In this document: positions 1 through 12,068 of the stretch, piece by piece
Position numbering within the stretch: position 1 is the first letter of the stretch
Layout of the letters: each line of letters starts with the position of its first letter
Program-made: the position numbers and the translations under genes
Notes under the pieces: generated by a model
Seen by the model: the letters and a program-made list of their open reading frames with translations, nothing else
What the model was told of the DNA's origin: nothing
The model's database searches: none
DNA from: Owenia fusiformis
Lineage: Eukaryota
Length of the DNA: 64,000 nucleotides
Assembly (NCBI GenBank): GCA_903813345.2
Contig: CAIIXF020000001.1
Location: forward strand, 49,538,001-49,602,000
Direction of reading: 5' to 3'

Positions 1-368
1 CTCATACAAATATCTCCTTTTTAAGGCTACCAATGGTTGGCAGGTATGACATGAAGAAAAGGGCTTGGTTTCCAATAAAAAATACATGTAAATTTTATAT
101 AGTATTACATGTATCTTCAGTACAAATACTTGATGACTGGTATTAAAACAATCATAAGGCTGACATGTTGTCATACTAACTTGGCCAGGTTAACACATTT
201 GTGATATTGGGCACTATATGAATCCTTAAACCAGATATTAAGACCCTTAAACCAAAAGTATTGTTTCTGTTAAAATACTGTGCTAGAAATGAACCAAAAG
301 GGTGGAACGCCATTCAATTATATTCTGGGGAGACCACAGTTAAATTTCATTTATTTGTTCTATTACAG

Positions 369-2081
369 CCATTGATTACATGCAATTCCTTGTCCAACAG
401 AAGAAGAAACAAGAGGATGAAGTGGACTCACTCAGAAAGGAAGTTATGGCATTGAAGATTATGAAAGCGTATGTGTTTATTAGTTTATTTTGTAGTAGAC
501 TTACATATTACACATACAATGATACTATAAATGAAATAGTCAGAACTGTTTTTTTGTTTCAACATTTTGTGATGTGTGAAAAAGATGCCTAATAGGCATT
601 ATAAGGATTGAGAAGCTGCATGAACTGGATTCACATTATACAATAGTATTTTTCATTCTATTTTGTAACTGTCTGTAGCACCATGCCTGCTTTCGCTGTA
701 ATAATGACTATATTGTCAATAATTCAATGGAGACAGAAACAAACAAATAATTATCAATGGTTCTATTTCACCCAAATACAAATCCTAAATTAAAAGAAGG
801 CGCATCGACATTCCAAAATCTGATAAAAAAAGTACGTCCTCTGATCCAAGATTTGGTTCCAAGATCCAAAATAGAGTTCTGTAGTCCTGTGTTTGGAGGA
901 TGATGTAGCATTGTCATTATGTTTCAGGAACTATGAGCACATAGTGAAGGCCCACCAGAACACACCCCAAGCAGGCCAAAATCAAGTGCCAGATGAAATC
1001 AAGTTTCAAGTGGTTTGTACAGAATTTGTGTGCCTATTTTAGCCCATTATGTAATGAATCATGCTATGAAAAAACAGATTATTGGCCAGTTAGTAGGACA
1101 TCATGATACATTATACTTTAGTAATTATAATATTGATACATACAGTATCTATTTATCCTAACAATATGCTACAAATGATACGATACGAACAAGGAAAATG
1201 TTAATTCAGAAATTTTGAAGTTTTTAAAAGCTTGATTTGAATAACACATCTTATACAAGACATATTTCAACTCAAAGCATTTTATGAATGAATCATCCCC
1301 AATGTTCAAATTTATGCAGAAAATGTTTCTGAACCCGAACTATAATTTAAAGTGAATGTTTTTGTGTTACAGTTTCAGCAGGTGATGGACACATTGTTTC
1401 AGTCATTCAATGCATCAATCTCAGTGGTTAACTTTGCTGAACTATCTGGTTGTATATTCAAGTGGTTGGAGGAACATTGCAAACCACAAGTGAGTCATTT
1501 TGTAATACAGTACACAACAATACATTTTTAGTTGTCAGTGCCTGAAATCCTTCTAATGGGCATACACACGCCCTGTGATCGGATAGAATGAATGGAGGGG
1601 GGGTGGCGATTTCTGCAAGAAAATTCAACAAATCTCAAAGAATTATTTTTTCAAGAGAGAAATTATGATTGAATTGCTAAATGAAAAGGTGCACGGTATG
1701 GTAAAATATCTTAGGTCTTCCAATACAATAATAGCAACGTGTCATCACAATGACAAGAAAACCATTCCTTTGAAGTTTGTTTCAAAACCATCTGTTTTGT
1801 GGAGATTACATGAAGTGTGTCCCTATTGTTTTTTTGTTTTGTTTTTATTTATAAAAATAATATAAACATATTTAAATAATAGTGATAAAGACATCCCAGG
1901 TGTTCAGTGTTAGCCCAAGATAATGAAAAAACGGATATCCCTTAACTTACTAAAATTTCTTGATGGAACTCACAACCGTATGTTGTAATGGGAAAATAAG
2001 TTTGTATTTCTTTTGTTTCAGACACTTCGAGAGTTGACTATGAATGTATTACGCCAACTTAACAACCAACTGAGTCATTAG
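369..2081 (+). CDS. MLX: Max-like protein X (bHLH-ZIP), last four coding exons; 5' part lies outside the window
   Basis: Exons 369-468, 928-1012, 1373-1489 and 2022-2081 have GT-AG ends and join in frame: IDYMQFLVQQKKKQEDEVDSLRKEVMALKIMKANYEHIVKAHQNTP...DEIKFQVFQQVMDTLFQSFNASISVVNFAELSGCIFKWLEEHCKPQTLRE...*. This matches the MLX zipper and C-terminal DCD region. Confidence 0.93.
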
Positions 2082-5080
2082 CAGGAAAGAGGCCACTAAA
2101 GTGTGGCTGTTTTATAGATGTGTTGTATTCGCCACTTACATGTAGTTTCTTGGTGTAGATTATCAAGGAATAAAACAATGTGCTCAATATACAGGATTCT
2201 TTTCATAATCAAATACAATATCAGTGACGTTTATAGTGACATTATTTTAATCTATTGTAATCTATTTAATTTGGGTCATAGACTATGTATTTCAATTACA
2301 AGTCTATAATCTTAAATGAAATTAAAATACCTCAAAGATGAACAGTTTTTAAAATCCTGTAAATTTGATCCATCTATTTATGTTATGAACCTCTCTTATA
2401 CACCCAAGTGTAACACATTTTTGCAGGCTCAAAGGCTTTATTATAATGTATTTGCAATGCAAATAAAATTTATTATCATGTAATTTATTTACTTAATAAG
2501 TAGGCACAATGTATTCAAGCTTACTAGAGAGGTCTTGCTTTAAGTCTATGCCTTTTTGCTATTTTCCTAAACTTCCTTTTGGTATATGCCTGTAATTGTA
2601 TAAGCATGTTTGTATGTAGATGCACCACATTGTCAGTGTGTTTCCCACTGTTTTAAAAGTGATTCCAATATATAAATTTAAAAAAAATATGTGTAAGGGG
2701 GGTATGCAAGGGCTTGATGCTAGACTGACCTGAGAAACAGATTTATGCTTTTTTATAATGCTTATATGATAATGATAATATGTAATTTTCATTGATTGTT
2801 TTATCTGCCTGGAAGGTTGTGCTAATTGTTTATATTTGAATATATCTTGGTATAAGACTGTCTAATGAGAACCTTTTTATTTATTTGAAGTTCGCATTTA
2901 ACTGTAGAGTACAAATTGGGTATAGCTTTCTGTAAAGTAATGAGAATTTTTGAAAACGCAAGAAGCATAATATATCTTATGGAGTATCCTGTAATTGAAC
3001 ATAAACAAGTTGTCATAGACTCCTTATTTAGACTTTAAAATTTGTTATACGATTACACAATTTATACTATAGTACATAAAAAATTCCTTGAAACAGAAAA
3101 TGTATAGTATTCAGTGTACTTGAATTTTTGTATGCTTTTCAAAATGATATGAGATACTGTATTGGCTCATGTTCTAGGGCTTTTCAGCAGTTCAATATTT
3201 TGATTGTAGTTAAGGTCTTTGTAATTGTTTGGTTATATTTAAAATGGACAAAACTGATGCTGGAAAATACGATTGCGCAGCTACATGTCAGTTGTTCTCT
3301 TTTTGAAGTGCATGGTCACAGTACTTGTGTAGGTTGATTTATGTAAATGAATGTAATACAATTGTAAATGATAGTTCATCATGTATGCATATGGTTCATC
3401 AGTGTTTATTTAAATACACTGATCATTAGTTATGATGTACATACGCCATACATTGTCCTCATTTTCATATATGATGTAAACTTTAATGAAATACATTTTC
3501 ATAAATCTATAAATACATTGAAATAAACTGTTTGTTCATTGCAATTTATTACAATTTTTAACATAATGTAGAAATCTAATCTTCAACTCCCATAATATTT
3601 TATTCAAAATCCCTAATTGATGATACATGTAAGCTGAACTGAACTGAACTGAATGTTTAATGAGATTTAAAATGTTGAAAAAACCTTGAAAATGATAGAA
3701 TTGTCATGGTATCATTATCCCACCGAATAAAGTTAGATGGGGATATATTAGAAGCCGTCCATCCGTTGTTCATCTGTTGTAGGCTATCAAAAACCATTCT
3801 TGTTTATCCTGATATTTTACAAAAAAGACCGATGAAAGGGTGAGTTTTTGATTGTTTCTGGTATATGGCGAGAGGTCCATTTTTACCGCTAGGTCATAAT
3901 TTGTTCTATTGTCTTTAATATTTTTTATGGGCCTGTTCATTGCTTTTTCAGGATTATTTCTGTATTTTTGGAGACCAATCATTGGAGTTTTGTTTTCCAA
4001 TTTGGTCTGCCCCCCCCCTGGGTTGGCCCAAAATTTGAGTCCAATTTTTGGTTTCGAAATGTGCCCCCCCCCCCCTAGCTTCTGGTTCCGCCAGTGTGAA
4101 CATATGCTTTTTGATGTTGATTGTTCCCTGCTAGGACTGTAAGGAAAAAATATAAGAGAAAAAGAGAAATACTATTCTAAATAATCTAAACCTACAAACA
4201 AACATCCTTGAATGCTAATAAAGAAACCAGCAGCTCATACCATCTAAACATCACTGAACTTTTAATATCTGCACTGTCAAAAGGTAAAATTGATTGAAAA
4301 TATTTATCAGTTTATGGACATGAGATATTTCTGAATCACTGCTTTAATTTACAACACGTTAAATAGACGGATAGAAATGATTATTTCTAAATTCTATATG
4401 GTAACTATTTATCAGTATAACGAAAGTTAATTGAAGAGATTAAATGATATGTAAAGGTTTAATTCCCAATTGAATGACTTAAAACCAGTAACAGCTTGTA
4501 CATCTTTATATTGAAGATTACCTGAGTAGGCAAACCCTCCAAAATCCATGACAGTAAAACCTGTCTTATCAGAATGCCACTAGACCAGCCAAGTGTTCAG
4601 ATTGGCAGATGTTCACATTTTAAGGTGTTTAACATGGAAGTCAATGGTAGATTAGAATTGTACTGAAAGGAGTGTTCACATTGAGAGGTGTTCAGATTAG
4701 AATGTTTGGATATACTGGTTTTCTGTATTCAATGAGTTTAAAATTTTGCTCACCTCATGGAAAAATTTGGCACCAATGGAAAGCTATGACATTGAACTGT
4801 AACATCAGTTTCAAAATAGCATTTGCTCTTACAGAAATATTGGCATTGACCAATATCCTAATAAGAGTAAAATATACATTGCAAGGGGTCTTACAGTGAA
4901 TGATAAAATATGTATCTTATTAATGGACAAATGCGGGGAAGTTTACCATGTTTATTTATCTTGAACACATTTGATACACAGTTGGTTTAAAATGTAAAGC
5001 CATTAACCTGTGTTATTATCCCATCAAATGAAGTCAGGGGATATAGAGAATGCTTCCATCCTTCCTGGCAATAACTCAAA

Positions 5081-6703
5081 CAGGGTTCGTACACACCTGG
5101 AAATGTCAGGGAAATTGATTTATTTTTCCAGGTGCTGGAAATGTCAGGGAATTTTAAAATTGGGTCAAAAAGGGCCAAAAATGTCAGGGAATTTTGAAAC
5201 AGTAGATGTGTCAGGGAAATGTCAGGGAATTTTGTATCAATGTTGAAAGAATAATGTTCCAGCAAAATACATTTTAGGGCTATGACAGGATATAAGTAAA
5301 ATCCAAAATCATCCACTTGTTTCCACAAATTGCAAATCTTTTCATTAGGGTTGGTTGAATGACATTAGATCTGGTATTGTCTATTTGTAAGAACAGTGTG
5401 AACATTACACTGAAACCGAACAATAAAAATAATGTATAGATGATTTAATACAATTATGCTTTTTATTATGTAGTAAGCTTAGTCTTAGGCCATTCAAAGT
5501 TAATTACTGGTATATATTTCATGGTTTGATGAGGGGTTAATCTGAGGGGGGGGGGTGGGAGGTGAAAAACAAAAAAAATTCTGGGAGCTCTTTACAATGT
5601 AAAATTGTATTTATATTAAGAAGCTGTCTGTTCGACAGTCTGATCGTATGTCAGTCTTTTCAACTTTCAGGGGCTTTGCCAATTTTGAAAACCTTAGCAC
5701 ATGGAAGTAGGCAACCAAAATGTGTGTGGGGTACTATTAACAGTTTTTGAATTTGGTCCAAATTTTTCTTCTTGTAAAGATGAACCCAGCATTTTACTTT
5801 GGCTCAAATTTTGTATGATGTAGCCTTAGGGACAAAGGACCTGCTCAAGAAGAAATATTCAAGATGGTCTCTGAATTCAAAATTGCCACCATTTTTTTAT
5901 GAAATTTTTGATAATTTAAAGAAATTTGATTCCTGATAACACAAAATACTGATTATTTGATTTGGTATCATAGGCCTGAGCCTTTTCGTGATCTGGTGAT
6001 GCTACTTGAGAAGGAATTTCTAATAATATGGTGTCAATTGTTTTGGTGTAATTTTCCCAAAAGGGAGAAGACAATAGTAATGCCAGGTTATTGCTATCAT
6101 ATAATGTTCACAATGATAGTATTCAATAGAAATATGTTTCATTAGGTGGGAATTGCCCCTCAAGTGAGTTGCTATTTTTCTAGTAGGATTTAGATCAAAA
6201 TTTTAAAGTTTCAGTTGTCATTTGGATTCATTACAAAACATTTACAAATTATAGTTTGAAATGCTTAGAATGCATCATATACAATTGTCAATTTTGAAAA
6301 ATTTCCGGGGGTGAACCCCCGTACCCCCCTTCTGGTTTTCCTTCGCTCGCAGTGATGCAAACCCCAAAAGATGCACCTCCTTGATACTTATTGGCTATGC
6401 CCCTGCACATGTATGTTTACCTTTGGCCTTATGCAATGTAAAATATGTAATATTAAAAATAAAATGTATCAGGAATAAATTGGTGAATAAGACTGCCTGT
6501 ACAAGTAGTTAAGTCATGAGAAATGGTACTGAAGGAGAAACCCCAAATGTTTCATAATAAGCCTTTTTGTCTTGAATAATACACTTGTTTGAGACTTTTT
6601 AGAGGGCGCGCGAGGAACATTAGATCTGGAAATTTTCTTTTTTGCCTGGAAATGTCAGGGAATTGTCAGGGAAATTCATTTTGAAAAAGGTGTACGAACC
6701 CTG
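5081..6703. mobile_element. Non-autonomous hAT-like DNA transposon with 5-bp TSD
   Basis: Ends CAGGGTTCGTACAC...GTGTACGAACCCTG, flanked by TCAAA on both sides, with repeated subterminal AAATGTCAGGGAA motifs. Confidence 0.8.
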
Positions 6704-9491
6704 TCAAATACCCTTCGCCAAATATTGTTTCAGTATTTTAGTTGCATCATATAAAACTGCAATATGAATATGTTTTAATGCAAAAATACATGTTACACTG
6801 ATTTGGTTCAAAATCTTTTTTTTTGAAAAACATGATGGCCATAACCTTCTGCCCTGGAGGTGAAGTAGATGCTGGAGGGATCCAAGACTATTATACACTA
6901 TAGATTCAAAAAACAGATGAATGACACAATAATGCTTGTTGCTTGTTTTTCAATTTTATTTACAAACTGTATTGCTTCTAATCTACTATACACATATCAC
7001 ACACAAATGTATTTTACAAAATCAACATACTTTCAGCTGCACATCATTCAAATATTATGCGACCCATTGTGGCCTTTATGACCTCAACATTTTAATGTTA
7101 AAACAAAACAAGGCATTAACATGCAAAATGTCACCACCTGCCAATTGTTACAGATGCTGCCGAACACAAAAAGTCAGAGACTATGACAATATGTCAACAT
7201 TCTAGTGGTGACATAATAGCGAAACTGTTGATTCAAATATGCATTAGTCTTGCATCAAGTCCCCATTCCCGATTTTAATTCCTTTACTGTGTAAGTATCA
7301 TTAAGTTAACAGGGGCTTGATACAAAACTTGTGTGTGAACTGCATCTACAGATGATTGATGCAGTTTGATCAGCTATTAACATTTTCATAAAATATATAT
7401 AATAATAAAATTTAATATCTATCAATTATCTAAATATCTAAATGTACAAAAATGTAGCACCATATCGGCTGTTTTGGCAATCTATAAAATGATTAGAATT
7501 GAACATACAGATACATACAATGATGCCAAGCTAGGACAAACCTTTTTCAAAATGCATCACATCAAAACTTCCATTGGCTTCCTTCTTGATTTTTTCAATT
7601 CATTTTTAAAATTTGTTACATTATATTTTGGTTCTTCTGTATTAACATCTGAAAGGTGGATCTTCCTAAAGAATGTATTCATTTAAGATCAAAGACCTAA
7701 TGTACTGCAACCCAGATTAATTTGGAGCCTGATTTAATTGGCAAATTTGGCAATTTGAAAAATTTGCCAATACACATCTTTGTGTATAAATTGAACTTAG
7801 CCTAAGTTAAACAGCTGCCAAATGTTTAGAATTATGAGAATTCATCAAAAAGTAATAAGGTTATCTAAGTTACAGTATATTCAATGGAAATGATACACAA
7901 ATCACTTTATAACAATGAATCTCTTAAGGTATTCCATGAACGAGATGAATAGCAGTTTCATTTGTCCAAAAACTGTTCATGGATGGACAGACAGACAGAC
8001 AGCTAGACAGACAAGTGGGTGAATACTCTCACCATGTGAGGCAAAATAGAACTGTACATGTACCTACTCATGAAAGAAATTCAACAAGAAATTCAAATAG
8101 CAAGTCTCTTGAAAATCTATCAACAATTATTCTTGTTATTTTATCAAAATAAAACAAAGCATGTATGTAAAGCACACTACCATTTACAATTACAATGTGT
8201 CTTCATTTTTCCATCATAGTTCTTCTCTAATCAATTACATATTAATTGGTAGGAAGCATAAATGCGAAAGGATGTATATGTACATGTTGATAACAAGCAT
8301 TCTGCAATAATACATATATTCTCAGTTCACATGTTACTGTGGTTGAGGCACTCAAACTGTACTAATATTATATTCACAGCTCAGCCGAAATATCAATCAA
8401 AAAATTATTCTGATGGACATCGTTTTATTTTATAATGAACATGATCAAAGTTATTTTTTAGATTGATAACTAAGACGCCATTTTAGTACCTCAGATATTG
8501 TTCTCTTGAATTTTATTGTAGCTTTATATGAATCTGGCTTATCCATGGCAATATCTTGGGGAGTTGGCATCAGATCGAACGAACCGAGGAGTCTGTGCCA
8601 GCTCCAGTCGAGGACGCCACTCTCACTGCTGAAATCTAGCGTACAAAGTACCCCTAAGGAGGATGGGACAAGGGAATAATGACCCAAGCTCACTAGAATC
8701 ACCTTTGTCTTTGCACTCCCTAAAACAAAGAAAAAGGAATGGTCCAATGGATTTTTGTTATTGGGGAGGCAAAGACGTAGCCTAAGAATAGTCTAGGAAA
8801 ACTTAAAATAAAACTATTCGGGCAAAAAAGATTTAAATGGGAATAAGTAATACATGTATCAATTAAAAAAATTGATTTAAAATGTCTGAAATATCTGGTG
8901 AGGCCTGTCTTTTCCCTGGGTATGCCCATGGGAGGTCATATACTTTTATAACAGGATCTCGACCTCTTACACCTTGCCCTTATAAGGGGCTATCCTCCGA
9001 GGGGAAAGGCAGATGTACGCAACAGGGTGAGACAATTATCATACATCACACCTTTGGCTATTTTTGCACGCTAGATTTTACAGTATAAACTCATTGTTTA
9101 ACTCGGTTATGTGCGACCTGACTACTCCATTAGATACTCCATCATCAACTATATCAGACAACCACAGTTGAAATTCTGTTAATATATTTCTTGGCAGATG
9201 CAACCTTTTTCAAACAGCAAAAGGGAAACCATGACTGGTAAAATATATACAAAGATTTTCAATCTACAACATACGAAATCTCCTGTTGGAGGGGAATAGA
9301 TTGGAACTGAAAAATCTGACAGATGATATTTTTAATATGAGGGAATCATAGTAAATCAAAAATCCAATGAATGAAAAAGCTTGTGCTAATCTTCATTATA
9401 ATATGTATGCATACTGTACATAAGGAATAGGGTTTTAAAGCAAAGGGGTTTTTCTCCAAAGTTACCAGTTACCAGTCCACCAAGAAACATG

Positions 9492-9573
9492 TACATAAGT
9501 GATCTAGCCTATATATAAGTGATCTGGCCTATACATAAGTGATCTAGCCTATACATAAGTGATTTAGCCTATA
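9492..9573. repeat. 20 bp tandem repeat, 4 copies
   Basis: TACATAAGTGATCTAGCCTA repeated four times with minor variation. Confidence 0.85.
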
Positions 9574-9808
9574 AACAGCAGTTTAACTAGAAAATAATGG
9601 ACTTCAATAACTCTGAGCTTCTGTAAAAATAAGGGCTTTAATTATTTACACATGTAGGGTTTCAAGGTTCAACAACCTCAAATTACAGGGTTTGAACTAC
9701 TTCCAAAAAAGCACAATTCGAAAATGAGTACACTTCTTTAGCCCTGCAATTCGAGGTTAATTGCCCTTGCATTGGAGATCTCCAGTCCAAAGTTTGGAAA
9801 AGACAGAT

Positions 9809-10164
9809 CTATACAGATGTGCTCTCTTCAGATCTGTCAAATGATGTATTGCTTTTAGAAGATACATCACTCATTTGACTCGAACTACTTGATGAAGATG
9901 TGCTAGAGAATGGAGTAAGAATTGCTCGAATTTTTCGATTAACTGTCCTGCTGAATGTCTTCTTCCAGACATTTTTTGGCAGCTGAACAGATATCTGCAC
10001 AGGTTGAATTTCAAACACATCCAAAACACGCTTCCAGAACCAATCTTCTGTCGTTGGGTTACCTTTCATTTTGTAATAATCTAGGTTGCAAAAATAGCGT
10101 CCCAGTGGAGTATCATCTTTGTCAGTCATACGTATTGGTACAATCACCTTGTTCTTGACATGGC
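9809..10164 (-). CDS. MYD88: Second (distal) MyD88 terminal exon B encoding an alternative TIR C-terminal half; predicted isoform 393 aa
   Basis: Acceptor ttttag at 10165, phase 1, compatible with the exon 5 donor. Open frame GHVKNKVIVPIR..RYFCNLDY..DWFWKRVLDVFE carries the TIR box 3 FW motif. No separate upstream MyD88 exons are visible between 10165 and 12069. Confidence 0.75.
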
Positions 10165-11497
10165 CTAAAATAACATAGTCATTATGTGTGTACAAGTATG
10201 TAATTTGCATTTTTGATTTCCAAGTATGCTCTAGTATGAAGCAGGTGGTACATTTGAGGAGAAAAATTTGGGGGCTTTTGAAAGGAATTGTGTTGATCAT
10301 GTATTTCTGTTTAACATTTTTTCTCCCATACTGAAAGTGTTACCTGAACATGTGAAATGTTTTTCTAGCAATACATACTGGTTATCAATAAACATGTTTT
10401 AAATTGTGTTCCCACTATTCTAAATTGCAAAATCAATCAATGCATTTATACTTGTCAGAACGTAAATTAAAACATCTGCAGATCCCATATGCTCTATTGA
10501 CCTAAAAGTTAAATCACATACATATTTTTATGTTTCGGTCCGCCATTTTTACAACCTAGATTTCACAATGTGGATCCACCTTATAGTACGTCCACTCCAT
10601 ATTTAGACTACCATAACTTGTTATAATAACATATCATTTTCTGCGTATATTAGAAAATTGTGTTTGTGTTGCCCTTTACAGATTATAAGTGGTGCCCTTT
10701 ACAGATTATAAGTGGTGCACTTTTATTGCTGCTGACTAGGAGGGCAACATTTTAAGCCATTTTATTTTCACTAAAGAAGCTACATATAAAATACTATAAA
10801 TGTTGCAAATCACAGGCTGTTTAAAAATTGGGGATAATTTAAAAACTATATTCTCTTACTTATCAAGCTAATGGTGTCTGGGAATAAAAGGTATAAGGAA
10901 AGGTAACAGGAACATAAGCATAGCCATATAGCAGCCCCACTTTATATGTCATCCATGCTAAATCATTACATTTAAGGAGTTCATATATAGAGGTTTGTAC
11001 AAGGTATTTGAAATGTTTGCGACTGGTATAAATTCTTTGTGGGTGTTTATATCACAGAATGTGGTAAAGCATGCTTAAACTATAACAACATATAAAGCAA
11101 GTCCTGCTTTGCCTAGAAATATAGTATGTTCACATTTTAAGTCACTCCAATCAATCTGTCTGTCACCTCCATTATTTTTGAAATCCTCACACACTACTTT
11201 TTTCAATTAAATACATTTTTATAGCATCTCAAGTATTGCTTAAATGTAAAAGATAAGAAATATAATGTAAAATGATGAATAAAACTGCTAAAAAGCGATC
11301 GTTTCAAAGAGAAATGTTTCCCATATATAAAATATAAAATAAAATTAACAAAACTGATCAAACATAGAACTTATTGAGCATTTAAGATGCAGAAATGTCC
11401 AAATTCATTGAAACTGAAAAAAGGATGCCCACTTTTCAGTTTATGCCAGATAACCTTATAAATGAAAGGATTATCCTGATATTAAGAACTGAGGGTG

Positions 11498-11802
11498 ATT
11501 TAGAAAATAGGCATGATATAGATCGAAAAGAGTAATTAAAATTGTTGGGTTTTTAGAAAATAGGCATGATATAGAACGAAAAGAGTAATTAAAACTGTTG
11601 GGGTTTTAGAAAATAGGCATGATATAGAACGAAAAGAGTAATAAAACTGTTGGGGTTTTAGAAAATAGGCATGATATAGAATGAAAAGGGTACTTAAAAC
11701 TGTTGGGGTTTTAGAAAATAGGCATTATCTAGAACGAAAAGAGTAATCAAAAACAGTTGGGTTTTTAGAAAATAGGCATGATATAGAAAGAAAAGAGTAA
11801 TT
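11498..11802. repeat. ~53 bp tandem repeat, 6 copies
   Basis: TAGAAAATAGGCAT starts at 11501, 11554, 11607, 11659, 11712 and 11766. Confidence 0.9.
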
Positions 11803-12068
11803 TGTGATAATTTTCTCGAAACTAACTGTAACTGATCTCTATCCCTTTTATTTGATGAAATCATATTATTGTAACATCAGGACTTTTTCAACGAACAGAA
11901 AAATTAGGAAAGAGAGCTAAAAACAAGGACATACATATATTCATCTAAAAAGCCTGGTAATCATCAAGAAAATAACTTTGTGTTTTTTTTATATTGTCGT
12001 CTTGAGGACTAAAAAGTTGAAACACTATGTAAAAACCAAGAAGGAATGTTATGACTTTTACTAATATA

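Noticed and set aside
8451..9088. GC-richer patch with short ORFs as a possible third MyD88 terminal exon
   Set aside because: No TIR motifs (LDY, WFW) were seen. It is partly bounded by a short inverted repeat (AAATCTAGCGT at ~8632, mirrored at ~9068-9078) and is more likely a repeat remnant.
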